Positions 10,268 through 22,600 are shown, counted from the stretch's first letter. The stretch: 64,000 bases of DNA from an uncultured virus (IMG/VR IMGVR_UViG_3300048813_000256) (IMGVR_UViG_3300048813_000256), one strand, 5' to 3'. Notes: a model not told the origin generated them from the sequence alone. Numbers and translations: made by a program.

Positions 10268-10530
10268 ACCGGCGCGGCTTCCTGCGGGCGATGGTGGGCG
10301 GACTGGCCATTGCGGCCGCGCGGACTTATCCCTTTCGGGTATTCAGCTTCCCGACGGAAATCCGGCCTGCGTTTTCTGGCGGCCTCGATCTGGGCAGCAC
10401 CGGCGACTGGACAGCCTACAGCTTGATCTCGATATTGCCGGCGGACGCGGAGTTTCTGGAAAGCCGCTCTTTCATGGCGTCAGAAATCGCGGCTCAGTTC
10501 CGCGTGCCCTCGGAGCGGCTGCTGGCATAA
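10264..10530 (+). CDS. Twin-arginine-like mini-protein with terminase- and portal-like motifs
   Basis: MNRRGFL; GGLDLGSTGDWTA; DAEFLESRSF..SEIAAQFRVP. Confidence 0.6.
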   Translation: MNRRGFLRAMVGGLAIAAARTYPFRVFSFPTEIRPAFSGGLDLGSTGDWTAYSLISILPADAEFLESRSFMASEIAAQFRVPSERLLA

Positions 10531-10553
10531 TTTGCCTTCCCCACAACCCTCCA

Positions 10554-10597
10554 GCCCGGAGAGCCCCGCGAGGGCGATCCGGGCGCTTTTCTTTTTT
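10554..10597 (+). terminator. Intrinsic terminator
   Basis: gcccgga...tccgggc stem followed by a T-rich tract. Confidence 0.6.
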
Positions 10598-11809
10598 GGG
10601 AAGAAAAAAAGCCAGCCGCCGGCAAAAGGATCGTGCTAGACTCCGATCCCGTATGAGCGCACAGGATAACGATCACGTCGACGAACTGTTGCTGCGGGAA
10701 CACCGCCGGCAGGAAATAACCGAGAAAGTCTACTCCACCTTCCTGCAGTTGGCCGATGGCGTGCCGGAAGAGGAATGGCGGCTGCTGAACATTGGGTGCG
10801 TCACGCGTCTGGCTGGAGGCCTGGGCGCCAGCATCCGGGGAGACGCTTCGGCGCGTGAGTTTGGCTTGGCCCGCTGCGGTCATTGCGAAGCTCTGCTCTC
10901 GCCCAAGAGCGTGGCGAGTCACGTCTGCGATCCGGCGGATTTGGAGCGGATCAAAAAGGCATTGCTGGGCCGCGTCCCTCAGCTCGTGCGCCAGCAGGTA
11001 CGCGTTGCCCTCGACGAAGAAAACTTCCGCGCCCTGGTCGCCGGCGGCGAAGTGAAAATCGGCAACCCGCCGTATGCCTTGCTGATCCTGAGCGATATCG
11101 GTTTCCGCGTGATGAAGGATGCCATCCGCACAGCGGAGGAAAAAAGTGCTTGAGCTGTTCGCGTGGGTGGGCGAGAACGAACTTGACCCCGGCGACAAAA
11201 AGCTGGGACTGAAACAGGCGGTCGTTCCCGCTGGCACCGTGCCCATGGTGGCGGTGGACCGGGCGAAGATGGAAAAATATTGGCCGCAAGCCGAAGCTCA
11301 GGCCGCCCGCTACGGCAAGCGCATCCGGTTGGTGCGCTTCGTGTTCGCGGAGGTCCTGCGCGAAACCGAAAAGGGGAGCTGATGATGAACTGCCGACTCG
11401 CGCTCAACGCCTTCCACCGCTGGATCATCGTCAACGCGGAACAGGAAAACCTGGCGTGGAGCGGATCGCGCTGGGTTCCCGTCGACAAGCACGGCTTTCC
11501 CGCCGGCGACGTGCAGGTGTCGAACTTCGATTCCGCCGAACATGCGGCCGCGACTGCCAAATCTCAAGGGCTCGTAGTGCGCTCGCTCCTGGGCGCGCCC
11601 ACGATTGAGGGGCTTCCCAAACTAGGAGGGCCTCCGCAATGACGCTAACGATCCTGTGGCGCGGCATCTATCGCGCGGCGCTGTGCGCGGGCGTGGCGAT
11701 CGCCATTTGCCAGCTTCCCTCGCGCGTCATCGCAATTGCCGCGCTGCTCTGCTTGCTAGCTTTGATTCCGGCGCTCGGTCGCCTTGGGGGAGATGGGAGA
11801 TGAGGCGAG

Positions 11810-12316
11810 ATGCGCGATGCGATCGACACTGTGCGCCAGTTCAGCAGGCGGGTCTATCACAGTTATTGTTTCTACTGCGGCGTGCAGTTGGCGCACAAGA
11901 AGCTGAGCCGGTTTTCGCGCAAACCGGGCACGCCCCACAGCAGCCTGGCAAACGAGTTCTGGTGGGACACGGCAACCTTCGATCACTGGATTCCGAAATC
12001 GACCGGCGGCGGACACAAGCACAAAGTGCCGTGTTGCCTGCGCTGCAACCGGCAGAAGGTTGCGCTGGACGTCGAGGACTGGCGCGTGGTTTTCTTCGGC
12101 GCCCACGTCGGCAAGGTCGCGGAAATGATTTGCACTTGGGAAGCTCGCTGGTTTACTCCGAAGGGGTGGCGCGCAGGTCTGCCTCACCACACGCCGCTCT
12201 GCTCTTGGTGGCTCACGCGGCTGTTCTTCCGGCTGGTGCGCCGCGAATACTGCGGCGCCGCATGTCTCGTATGGTCTGAGCCGCGCTGCCAGCCACGCTC
12301 CGAGGCTGAACTATGA
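11810..12316 (+). CDS. HNH endonuclease
   Basis: CFYCG...TFDHWIPKSTGG...VPCCLRCNRQK. Confidence 0.8.
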   Translation: MRDAIDTVRQFSRRVYHSYCFYCGVQLAHKKLSRFSRKPGTPHSSLANEFWWDTATFDHWIPKSTGGGHKHKVPCCLRCNRQKVALDVEDWRVVFFGAHVGKVAEMICTWEARWFTPKGWRAGLPHHTPLCSWWLTRLFFRLVRREYCGAACLVWSEPRCQPRSEAEL

Positions 12317-12741
12317 GTGCAGCCAACCAGCTACCGGTGGCCCTCTTCGATGCCGAGATGGAACGGCGCTTCCCGCAGATCCAGTGGCGCGACCCGACCC
12401 ACATCTCCGTGACCAACGGCATCGACGGCTGGGGCTGCCGGCTCTGCATTGCGCGCTGTGGCTTCAAGGCGCAGGATGCGAAGCGTTTGCTGTTCCCCAC
12501 CTTGCTGGACTTTCAGATCCACCAGAAGAACGTGCATGCGGTGAACCTGCTGGCGGCCAGCGGATGATTCGCTCGGCAACGGAAACACAAAAGCGCCGCG
12601 GGCGTCACTGTTCCCGAGGCGCTTCTGCTTTAGGCCGCGAATTGATAGTCGGCTGTTGAACGTTTGCCCACGATCTAACCGAGCGCAAAATACAGCGACA
12701 ATCACCCGCCAACAAATGGACGCCTTCAAGTCTAACCCGCG

Positions 12742-13047
12742 CTAGGCGGCTTTGGGCGGATTGATGGCGTCCTTCACATTCTTTGCCACGCGGAACTTGA
12801 CCACGGTTTTGGCCGCGATCTTGATGGCTTCTCCGCTCTGCGGGTTGCGGCCCATGCGGGCTTTGCGGTGCGCCTTCACCAACCGGCCGATGCCGGGCAC
12901 AATGAAGACGCCGTTCTTCTTCGTCTCTTTGATGGCGAGTGTGGCCAGCTCGTCGAGGAAGGTGGCGACGGTTTTCTTCGCCATGGGTGGATCGAACGAT
13001 TCGGCAAGATGGGCGGTGAGCTGAGTCTTGGTCATGGAACCTGGCAT
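12742..13047 (-). CDS. hup: HU family DNA-binding protein
   Basis: MTKTQL, PGIGRL, RKARMGRNPQSGEAIKIAAKTVVKFR; GGAGG RBS. Confidence 0.93.
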   Translation of the reverse strand: MPGSMTKTQLTAHLAESFDPPMAKKTVATFLDELATLAIKETKKNGVFIVPGIGRLVKAHRKARMGRNPQSGEAIKIAAKTVVKFRVAKNVKDAINPPKAA

Positions 13048-13444
13048 GTTTACTACCTCCGAGGGGCAACGTAGCACAGATCAGTTCTCAGTTGCCAGTT
13101 CTCAGTTCTCAGCAACCCCGCGAATCTCAGGCATTTCCTCCGTGATAGGATCGCGGCCATGGATGAGTTCAAACCAAAAACGCCCAGCCCCGGATGGTTT
13201 GGAGGATCGTGCGGCGGCACGCTGATCTACCCGCCTAGCCACCTGCGGGGCATCAGCCGCGAAGAATTGGAAGCCGACTACCTGGCCACTCTCGCCATGC
13301 TGGTAGAGCGGGCCACTTGGCGGGATAGATGGTGCGCGCTCCGCCGGCCCGGACACTGGCTCAACGTGGCGCGCCGCGAACTGTTCCTCGCTGGGAAGGA
13401 AGGGCTGCGCGCCAAAAAATGAAAGGGCCAGCCGAAGCCGGGCC

Positions 13445-13578
13445 GAACTGCTGGCGTCCTGCTACGCGCAATACAAGCTGGCCGACGCCGAGATCGCTGA
13501 GCGCGGCATCACTTTCCAACCATGGGTGTCGAAGTAAATCCGGCGGTCCAAGTGCGCTCTGACGCGCTGCTCCAGATG
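13445..13578 (+). pseudogene. Frameshifted remnant of a P27-family terminase small subunit
   Basis: ELLASCYAQYKLADAEIAERGITF, then in another frame VEVNPAVQVRSDALLQM. Confidence 0.5.
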
Positions 13579-13735
13579 GTGGGTAGTGGGTTTATATGGC
13601 CCTCGCCTTGAAAGCGCCGTTATCTAGGGCTTTGTGAATTTGAGGATTGAGCTGACGGCGGTGCAACCCGGCGGCTGGCTTTTAGAATTTCCAGCTTGCC
13701 GCACAGCCCGATCCGGGATTAGGATTCGATCCTTC

Positions 13736-14359
13736 ATGAGCGAGCAGGGAACCTTTTGGAACGGAATCTCGACGCACCCTCATAAGCGGGGCGCTTCAGA
13801 AAGCCACAAAGCGGCGGACCGCCGCTACAGAAGGCGCAATCCTGAGAAGGTGCGGCAACGCAGGCGCGCTCCCGCAAAGAACAATCCCGAGAAAGCGGCG
13901 GCGGCGGCGGTGCGGGCGCGCAAATGGAGAAAGAACAATCCCGAGAAAGCGAGGCAGAAGGCAGCGCAGTACAGAAAGAACAATTCCGAGAAAGTGCGCG
14001 CCGCAGTGCGCGCCGCGCTGCGCCGGCGGCGCGGCGTAAAAAATGCGACGGGAGAAACGCGGGTGGGAAGCTGCCCGCTCTGCCTTAGGCCGGATGTCAA
14101 ACTCGTGCTCGATCACGACCACGAAACGGGGCTTATGCGCGGCTGGCTCTGCGATCGCTGCAACAGGGCCCTCGGGTTTTGGGAAACGCTGGAGAGGATC
14201 CGGGGGCGCGTTATCGCCTATCTGTTGGAAAGCTCGGTGCCTCTGGTGGTGGACGAGAAGACCAAGCCCGCGCCGAGGATGCCAGCGCGATCCCAGCGGC
14301 CAGCCGAAAAGCCGCTTTCGCTATTCCCCGCCCGCAGTGCCGGTGAGGTGCGGGAGTGA
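13736..14359 (+). CDS. Endonuclease VII-like His-Me nuclease with NPEK repeats
   Basis: CPLC...LDHDHETGLMRGWLCDRCNRALG. Confidence 0.85.
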   Translation: MSEQGTFWNGISTHPHKRGASESHKAADRRYRRRNPEKVRQRRRAPAKNNPEKAAAAAVRARKWRKNNPEKARQKAAQYRKNNSEKVRAAVRAALRRRRGVKNATGETRVGSCPLCLRPDVKLVLDHDHETGLMRGWLCDRCNRALGFWETLERIRGRVIAYLLESSVPLVVDEKTKPAPRMPARSQRPAEKPLSLFPARSAGEVRE

Positions 14360-15735
14360 CCGGCTCTGCGGCTGCCAAGCTGTTCGTTGTTCCGCAGGCG
14401 AGCGTTCCCGGACCCAAGCCTCAGCCTTCCGATGATCTAGGTTGGCTGGCGGATCTTTATCCGGCCCACGCGCAGAAGATCAGACGCCTCGTAGAAGCGG
14501 CCTCGTCCATAGCCCGGCTAGTCCCGTCCTCTCCCAGCCGTTTTGAAGAAAAAGAACCTTTCCGTCTCACCCCGCCCCATCCCTCTATGCCCACTCGCAA
14601 ATCCCACATGCGCGGCTCCGGCAGTCTGTATCCCCAGAAAGACTCACGCTTTCTGGGGATGCAGTACTACCGCGACGGCAGGCGCGTGCGCCAGACGACG
14701 GGCTGCGTAAAGCCGAAGGAAGCGCAGGAAGTGTTGCGCCGGAAGATGCGGGAGATCGATCTGGAAAAGGAAAAGCGCCGCGCCCAGGCCGGGGACGGCG
14801 GTGCCGGGCGAACCGGAGCCCAGCTTTGCGTTCGCGATCTTTACGAGTCGCTCGAACGCGACTATGTGATCAACCAGCGCAAGAGCCTCGACGACCTGAA
14901 AATCCGCTGGCGCAAGCATCTGGAAGCGAGCTTTGGGGCGCTGCCGGCCGCGAGCGTTTCGGCGGAACAGATCGACGCGTATGTGGCCCGGCGTCTGGAG
15001 GAAAAAGCCTGCAACGCGACCGTGAACCGGGAACTCGCGGCCCTGAAACGCTGCTACAAGCTGGCCATCAAAACCGGACGTCTGAAGATGGGCGAACAGC
15101 CCTACTTCTCGATGCTCAAGGAGCGCAACGTCCGCCAGGGGTTTGTGCAGGACGAGCAGTATCCGGCGCTGGTCCGCGCCACGGCGGCCATCGGCCCCTA
15201 CCTGCGCACGCTGTTCGAGATGGGCTACACCTACGGCTGGAGAAGTGGGGAGCTGCTGGGCCTGCGAGTGGCCCAGGTGGATATGGCGGAGCGCACCATC
15301 GTCCTCTATGCCGGCGAGACCAAAAACGACGACGCGCGCGTCGTGGCGATGACCAAGACCGTCTATGAACTGCTGGGCGGCGCGATCGCGGGCAAAGCGC
15401 CGGAGGACAGTCTCTTTACCCGAACAAACGGCCGCCCCGTCAAGGATTTCCGCAGGGCGTGGGCCAAGGCGACCGCGGCAGCAGGGTGTGCGCGGCTGCT
15501 CTTCCATGACCTGCGCCGGAGCGGGGTGCGGAACATGGTGCGGGACGGGGTGATGCAAAAAACGGCGATGATGATCAGCGGCCACAAGACCGCCGCCGTC
15601 TTCGAACGCTACAACATCGTGGACGAACGCGACATCCGGAAAGCGGCGTCCCTGCACGACAAAGCCGCGGCCGCCCGGCGCCAGGAAGCTCTGCTGGAGC
15701 GGCAGGCGAGGTTGCCGCTGACCCCAGGTTCGTAG
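14356..15735 (+). CDS. int: Tyrosine recombinase/integrase 1 (start may be 14587)
   Basis: GWRSGEL, TKND, FHDLRRS, SGHKT, RYNI catalytic set. Confidence 0.92.
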   Translation: MTGSAAAKLFVVPQASVPGPKPQPSDDLGWLADLYPAHAQKIRRLVEAASSIARLVPSSPSRFEEKEPFRLTPPHPSMPTRKSHMRGSGSLYPQKDSRFLGMQYYRDGRRVRQTTGCVKPKEAQEVLRRKMREIDLEKEKRRAQAGDGGAGRTGAQLCVRDLYESLERDYVINQRKSLDDLKIRWRKHLEASFGALPAASVSAEQIDAYVARRLEEKACNATVNRELAALKRCYKLAIKTGRLKMGEQPYFSMLKERNVRQGFVQDEQYPALVRATAAIGPYLRTLFEMGYTYGWRSGELLGLRVAQVDMAERTIVLYAGETKNDDARVVAMTKTVYELLGGAIAGKAPEDSLFTRTNGRPVKDFRRAWAKATAAAGCARLLFHDLRRSGVRNMVRDGVMQKTAMMISGHKTAAVFERYNIVDERDIRKAASLHDKAAAARRQEALLERQARLPLTPGS

Positions 15736-15746
15736 GCAGGAAGCGC

Positions 15747-16328
15747 ATGAGCAGGCACAACTACGGCAGCGATCCTCCCGGCCTCAGATGGTGCTCTGTC
15801 TGCAAGTTCTATCTGCCGATTGAGGACTTCTCCAAGAACAGGTCCCGCAAGGACGGGTTGGCATCCGGCTGCGGAGCATGCTCGACCGCCCGTGACGCCA
15901 AATGGACTGCGAAGTTCGGCTCTTACTCCCGGCACGTGCATAACGCCGTGGGGCGCGGACTGGAACCGTTGCCGCGGGCGGAATTTCACACGATCATCTG
16001 GCTGCCATGCGTGTTCGGCGGCGGTTGCCGCCCGGAGATTCTTGTCGGGGTGGACAGGATAGATAGCGGGCGCGGCTACCACGGGAACTCCCAGCCTTGC
16101 TGCCCTTTTCACAACTACATTAAGGGGACTTTTGAGGATGACCTTCTGCGGATCCATATCGAGAGGCACCCCGAACTCCAGGCCTGCCAGAATGGCGGAA
16201 TGTCTGCGGTGGCCACGAGATTGACAGGCGGAAGGATTTCGGAGGTCGCTGTTCCGCCGATTAAGCCTAAGCGCCTGGAACGCCGGCTTCCGCTTTTCGA
16301 GTCCGGGCCAGCGGGGAGGCTTCAATGA
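15747..16328 (+). CDS. HNH-like nuclease with N-terminal Zn finger
   Basis: CSVCK..FSKNRSRKDGL..CGAC; GVDRIDSGRGY..N..PCC..HNYIKG. Confidence 0.7.
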   Translation: MSRHNYGSDPPGLRWCSVCKFYLPIEDFSKNRSRKDGLASGCGACSTARDAKWTAKFGSYSRHVHNAVGRGLEPLPRAEFHTIIWLPCVFGGGCRPEILVGVDRIDSGRGYHGNSQPCCPFHNYIKGTFEDDLLRIHIERHPELQACQNGGMSAVATRLTGGRISEVAVPPIKPKRLERRLPLFESGPAGRLQ

Positions 16329-16359
16329 AACCTTCGAGCGGCCGAAAAATGGCCTCCAG

Positions 16360-16457
16360 AACAGCCATAGAACCGCCAGAGGCCGGTTGCCGGGGCTGTG
16401 CATTCAATCACTTAGGGGTGGGTTTGGCGGGGGCATCTGATTGAGAATCCGATGCAC
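16360..16457. repeat. 98-bp dispersed imperfect repeat, copy A (copy B at 59412-59509)
   Basis: Shared aacagccatagaaccgccagaggc, ggtgggtttggc, gcatc..gatt..aatccgatgcac with identical spacing. Confidence 0.8.
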
Positions 16458-16638
16458 ACCGGCGAATCGGGCGCGGTTCGTGGGCGGAATGGGTGCCAGA
16501 GCCGGGCCCGGTTCGCGAACGACAATCGAACCCAACCCCGCCCTGACGAAAGCCAGCGGGTGGCTCCCCAATCCCACCAAGCCCCTCCATCGAGCTGCTA
16601 GGCCCCTTTACGGCCCCGCATACCCCCTTAAAACCACT

Positions 16639-16665
16639 CCTCCCGCCCAGGCGGGAGGCTTTTTT
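16639..16665 (+). terminator. Intrinsic terminator
   Basis: cctcccgc-ccag-gcgggagg followed by ctttttt. Confidence 0.75.
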
Positions 16666-16682
16666 GCTGGGAGGCTTTTCCC

Positions 16683-19600
16683 ATGACCGACGCGAGAGCT
16701 ACGCTCGAACATTCCATCATCACCGGCCTGAGCCGGCGGGCCGACCTGACCGGCGTGACGATTACCGACGCCGACGTTCTGGTGCCGGATCTGATCGACG
16801 CGATATTTCACCCCTCGGTGCGGTGGGCGGTGCCGGCGTACCTCAAAGAACTGGAAGGCGGCGCTTCGCCGAAGGGTACGGTGCCATGAGTGGGGTGTGG
16901 GCCAAGTGCGTGCGGCGGGGCATCTGCGAATGCGGCTACCCGGTGCTCGAGGAAAGCGCGCCGCTGGGCAAAATGTATCTGGTGGATCCCAACACGATCG
17001 GGCCGGGGAGGATTGGTTGCGGCGGCTGTGGCAAGATAACGGCCTGCGACCTGATCGAAGTGTGGGATGAAGGCGCCGGACGCCAGGCCACGATGCCGCT
17101 GGGCGTTCTGCAGTTGGGAGAGGCAGCGTGAGGCCATGGTGGACCCATGACGCCGCTGGGCGCGCTGCGCGGAGAGGCGGAGTGAAATTCTTTCTGCGGC
17201 GCCGCGCTCCCGGGATCTGGTACGTCGCCGCTGAAAATCCGATCTATGAAGCCGGCGTCAAGTTCCACTGGTTTGATTCCTTCGACGAAGCCTGGGCATG
17301 GCTATGGCAGAGCCCGCCTTGGGCATCTCTGTGGAGTGCGCGATGAACGATCCGTTGGCCGATCTTCTGGAAGTCAAAACGCAGACGCCGGTGCGTCACT
17401 ACTTTGTCACCGTTTGCCCCGCAAACGTCCACGTCCTCGATGAAGGCATGGCCCTGAAAATTCTCCTGCCCGCCGCCAACCCCCGGCAGGCTCGACGGCG
17501 GGTTCGCCGCTACGCTCCGGGAAGAATTCAGGCGGTGCAGTTGGTCCGGTGGACGGAGCGATGAGCTATGATCGATCTCTCTTGCGGTGGTCGCACCCCG
17601 CGTCGGAGGGTAGGAGCGCAGAGCCAGGCCGGGACTCCCGGCCTCCTTCGGCTTTCCGAAATCCGGAAAATCAGAAAAATCCACGAAAGAGGACTTGCGG
17701 CGGACAAGATCGTGCGCTAGACTCCGATCCTGTCACCAAAGGCAGTAGTGGCTTTTTAGGCTGGTAGTGATGGCTTTCTCCGACAGCTCCGTATTCGATA
17801 ACTCGCAGAATGATCGCGGCTCCCGCGCGGAACATCTGGCCTGGTGTAAACAGCGCGCCCTGGAATACGTCGACCGAGGCGACCTTACCGGCGCTCTGGC
17901 CTCGATGACTTCCGATCTCCGCAAGCATGCCGAAACCCAAAGCAGCGTGACCCTCTGTGGCGAACTCGGCGTGGCGCTGGCCATGAGTGGCCACCTCAAC
18001 ACTCCTGAGAAAATGCGGAAGTGGATCGAGGGGTTCAACTGATGAGCCAAGCGAGAGAGAGATTGCTTCGGCTCCTGGAGCGGCTTCGCGATGTCGCGCC
18101 CCAGCCGCCGGGCTTGCACTATCGCCTCATGTGGGATTTCGTGCTGCGTCACGGCACCTGGTACGAGCCGCGCGCCTATCCGCCGAACCTGCCCGACGGA
18201 CGGATCAAACAGTGCTTCGGCAACTCCATCATGCTTTCGGCCGCCCGCGGTTATCGCTACATCGAAGGCTTCGCGCTCATGCCTGAGCCCTTCAATTCCT
18301 ATCTGCCCATGCACCATGCGTGGAATGCCGATGCCTTCGGCGCCCTGATCGATTCGACCTGGAACAATGAAGGGATCGCCTATCTCGGCGTGGAGTTCTC
18401 GGTCGAGCGCGCCGACGATGCGACCTGGAACGGCGATGCTTCCGTGCTCAACGATTTCAGGCGGGGCTTTCCGCTTTTCCGGGATCTGTGGCAGGGCGAG
18501 GATTGGGGCCGCGCGTGGCCGGCGAATGACCGCGTCCGTCTGGTGCGCGAAGGCAAGATCGAAGAAGCCTATCGGCTGATGACGGCGGAGCTTACATTCG
18601 CTCCGATGACGGCAAGCTCTCATCCGCAGTCGCCATCAGCCACGTCGAAATTTTGAAGCCGGGCGCGGAGACCGCGGCATGAAAAACATGCTGTACATGG
18701 GCGACTCGAAGATCTCCTCGGCGGAGCGCGATGCGCTGTTCCGCGACGGCGGCCACGCCGTGGGCGTCGATGAACTTTTGGAGTTGGCCGAAGCTGCCGG
18801 CACGAGGCACGCCGAGTTCTACGCGGAGATCAAACCGCGCATGACGCGGGAGCGAGCGGAGCGCGTCCGGCAACTGCGCTGTGACGACGGATGGAGTTAT
18901 CGCCGGCTCGCCGGCATCACCTATCTGGAATGGGGCCGGGACGGCACCTGGTATCCGGAAACCAATCAGCTTGCGGGCGTGGCGCTGTGCGAGGCCGCGG
19001 CGGAGCTGCTCGGCGAAGATTTTCAGCAGTACCCGTGGCAGGCGAATCAGGCATGAGCAATTTCGAGATCATCGACGCCGGCGAAGGCCGCATCATCAAA
19101 GCGTGGCGCAAAGGCGTGCGCTTCGAGGACAAGGCCATCGACCAGCTCAAGAACACGGCGCGGCTGCCCTTCATCTACAAGTGGATGGCGGCCATGCCCG
19201 ACACTCATTGGGGCATGGGATCGACCGTGGGCACGGTGCTGCCCACGCGCAATGCGGTTGTGCCGGCGGCGGTGGGCGTGGATATCGGCTGCGGAATGAT
19301 GGCGGTTCGCACGCAATTCCGGCGCGAACAAATTGCAGATCTGGCCGAAGTGCGCGCGGCGATCGAGAAGGCGGTCCCTCACGGCCGTACGAATAACGGC
19401 GCCGTGGGAGACGTTGGCGGCTGGGCGCGAACTCCGGAGAGCGTGGCTCCGGCGGCGATCGCCGAAGCCTGGAACTCAGAATTCTCCGCCGAGTACGGAA
19501 GCATCATTGCGAAGCATCCGGGAGCACAGGCCAAGAACACGCTCTCGCAACTCGGGACGCTGGGCACGGGAAATCACTTCATCGAAATCTGCGCCGACGA

Positions 19601-22600
19601 GCAAGAGCGCGTGTGGATCGTGCTGCACTCCGGCTCGCGCGGGCTGGGCAACAAGATTGGCGGCTATTTTACCGACGTCGCAAAAGACTTGTGCAAGCGC
19701 TGGTTTATCGAGTTGCCCGATCCCGACCTGGCCTTTCTACCGCGGGGCGAGGCGGCATTCGACGACTACCTGCACGCCGTCTCATTCGCGCAGCGCTTCG
19801 CCTGGCGCAACCGCGAGATCATGATGGAAAATATCGTAGCCGCCCTTTCTCCGTTGCTGGGGGCCGTCGGCGAAGAGTTCCGCGTCCACTGTCATCACAA
19901 TTACGTCGTGTGGGAAAGTCACTTCGGCGAAAACGTTCTGGTCACGCGCAAGGGAGCGGTTCGGGCGCGGCTGGGAGATCTGGGCATCATCCCCGGCAGC
20001 ATGGGCGCGCGGACCTACATCGTGCGCGGCCTCGGGAACACGGATTCTTTCCAGACCTGTTCGCACGGCGCCGGGCGCGCCATGGGGCGCAAAGAAGCGG
20101 TGCGGCAATTCAGCCTGGCCGATCACATCAAGGCGACGGAAGGCGTCGAGTGCCTGAAAGATGCCAGCGTGCTCGATGAGACTCCGGGCGCCTACAAAGA
20201 CATTGAAGCGGTGATGGCGGCGCAGTCCGACCTGGTGGAACCGGTGTACCGGCTCAAGCAGTTCGTGTGCGTCAAGGGCGGCGACGAAAAAATAGGCCGG
20301 AAGAAAGTCGAGAGCGCGCCGGCATGAGACTGCTCAGGTACATCATCGCGTGGCCGCGCTACGTTTGGGCGGGACTGGTTTTCGGCCGGGGATGCCAGCT
20401 CTTTCCGGGATCGCCGGCTCTCGGCCTGTGGCAGCGCGAAGTTGAGGAGCTGCGGCCGCGATGGAGGAAAAGTTAAAAGGAGAGAACTATGAAGCGGAAT
20501 TGGTTCCTGCTCGTCTTCGTTCTGGCCCTCAGCTCACTGGCCCTCGCGCAGGGGCGCTGGCGGCGCATCGACCTCGGTTCCACCAACCTCACGCTCAACG
20601 GCATCGACCCCACCTTCGGGGCACTCGGCGGATTTCTCGAAGTGATCGGCGCGAATAAGCGGATCGCGTCTGACCTTTACCGGGAAAAGCGTTACTCGCT
20701 GCGCTGCCACGAATGCGATCATGTACGGGAAATCTCGAAGCAGGAGTTCGCTGGGTATCTCGCCGGCGGCTGGCCGAAACACTGCGGCGTAACGATGACG
20801 CTTGAAAGCGAGCCGCGATGACGGAGGCCGACGATGTTCCAGCGGGCTATCGCCGAGAGTGGGTTGCCGATGAAGGCTGGAAGGTGGCCGATCTCGACCG
20901 GACGTGCCGGCAAAAGGGATGCCACGATCCGGCGGTCGCCGCGCTTCGCAGAAAGCACGGGACGGGTTTCCGCTGGTGGTATTACTGTGCGGCTCATCTT
21001 TACGGCCGCAAGATCGAAGATGGCGTGGTGAAGGTTGAGCGCCTGGTGGAGATAGCTGCATGACCCAGCTCTACAAGACGGAAGTGGACTACGCGGTGGA
21101 AATAGTGCGGAGCGAAATGCTGGCCAATCCGGGGCCGATTGCGCCGCGCCCGATGGCCTTCCCGCCGGAGACCGGCATCGAGCGCCCCTTTTCCACTCCG
21201 CTCCATCCCGAGATGATGGCGCACTGGAAGAGCAAGAACATCATCGGCAGCATCATCGTGAAGATTTTGTTTCAGGCGCACGCGCGCGTGATCGTGTTCT
21301 TTTCCGACGCGCTGTTTGCTTCGCCGCCGCCCGGCAAGACGTTTGCCGACATGCCCCGCAATCTTTGGGAATGGCCGAAGGCGCTCACCCACGAGGCCCT
21401 GCTGGTCAACGTAAACGCCATTGGGATGAAGGGCTATGGGCTCTCCTACGGTTACACTCGCGACGGACTGGACCGGCGCGTATTCAACGCGGCGGCGCCC
21501 GATGTGGAACTGGACACTGGCCGCTTCTGCTTCGACCTGACCGAAGCCACAGAGGAAGCGGCCACGCTGGACGCTCTTCACCGCAACCGCGAGGGAGAGC
21601 TGGAGCCGATTGCATGATGCACACAATGTTCACTATGTTTCGCTACGGGATCGACGCCTTCCTGATCGCGGTGGTGACCACAAACTACCTCGCGGGCCGC
21701 AAGACGCGCCGCGTACTCGCGGAAGTTACCGCCCTGCGCGAGAAGCTCAAGAAGTACCATGATGAGCGCGCGCCCATGCTGATCAACGCCATGGAGCACA
21801 TGGCCTCCGGTGCCTGCCCGCTGTGCGCGGTCGCGTCAGGGCGCGGCTCGATCACCACCCCGGAAGGGGAACTGACGGCGGAAGCGGAAATCAACGGAGA
21901 GCACGTCATTCGCATCACCTGCGAGGGCAACGTCGTGAACGATGGAGTCGCCGAGTGCCGCGCCGCCAGCATCCGCGCCGACGCCCGCAAGCTGTTCGCG
22001 GAGACGATGGAGGAGAAAACGGCCGCGTGAAAACTCCTTTAGAAATCGCCGCCGATAATTTCCACGCTCACCTGGACGTCTGCCAGCAGTGCGAAGGCCA
22101 TCCCTTCCAGCTTTGCCCCACCGGGCACGAGTTGCTGCTGGCTGTGGGCGAAGCGAGTCCGCTGAACCGCGCCGGTCCGCGGCCCGACGTGATGGATGTG
22201 CTGGAAGAGGCTATCCGCACCATCGCGAAGCGCAACGGGCTTACCGTCAACGAAGAAAGCATCCGGCGGTCGCGCGAATTCTGCGATCGCATGGTGGATC
22301 CCGAAACCGGAAAGGAAACCGATGGCGGATAAAGACGACCCTAACCTTTCGGCGTACGAACTGCAGCGCGTGGTGGATAAGATCGGCAAGCTTTCCGCCG
22401 CGTTGAGGTCCTCCGGCCTGGGCGTGGAAGTGACCGCGCATATCGCGCTGAGCTTCGAGGTCAAACTGACAGACCTAAGCGATGCTGGAAAGACGCGGAA
22501 AAAGCAGCGCCAATCGGGTGCAAAAGCATGAACGATGAAGCTAGGCCCACACCGGCCGTCATCTGCGCCCGCTGCACCGAAGCAATCCTCGAGGGCGAGG

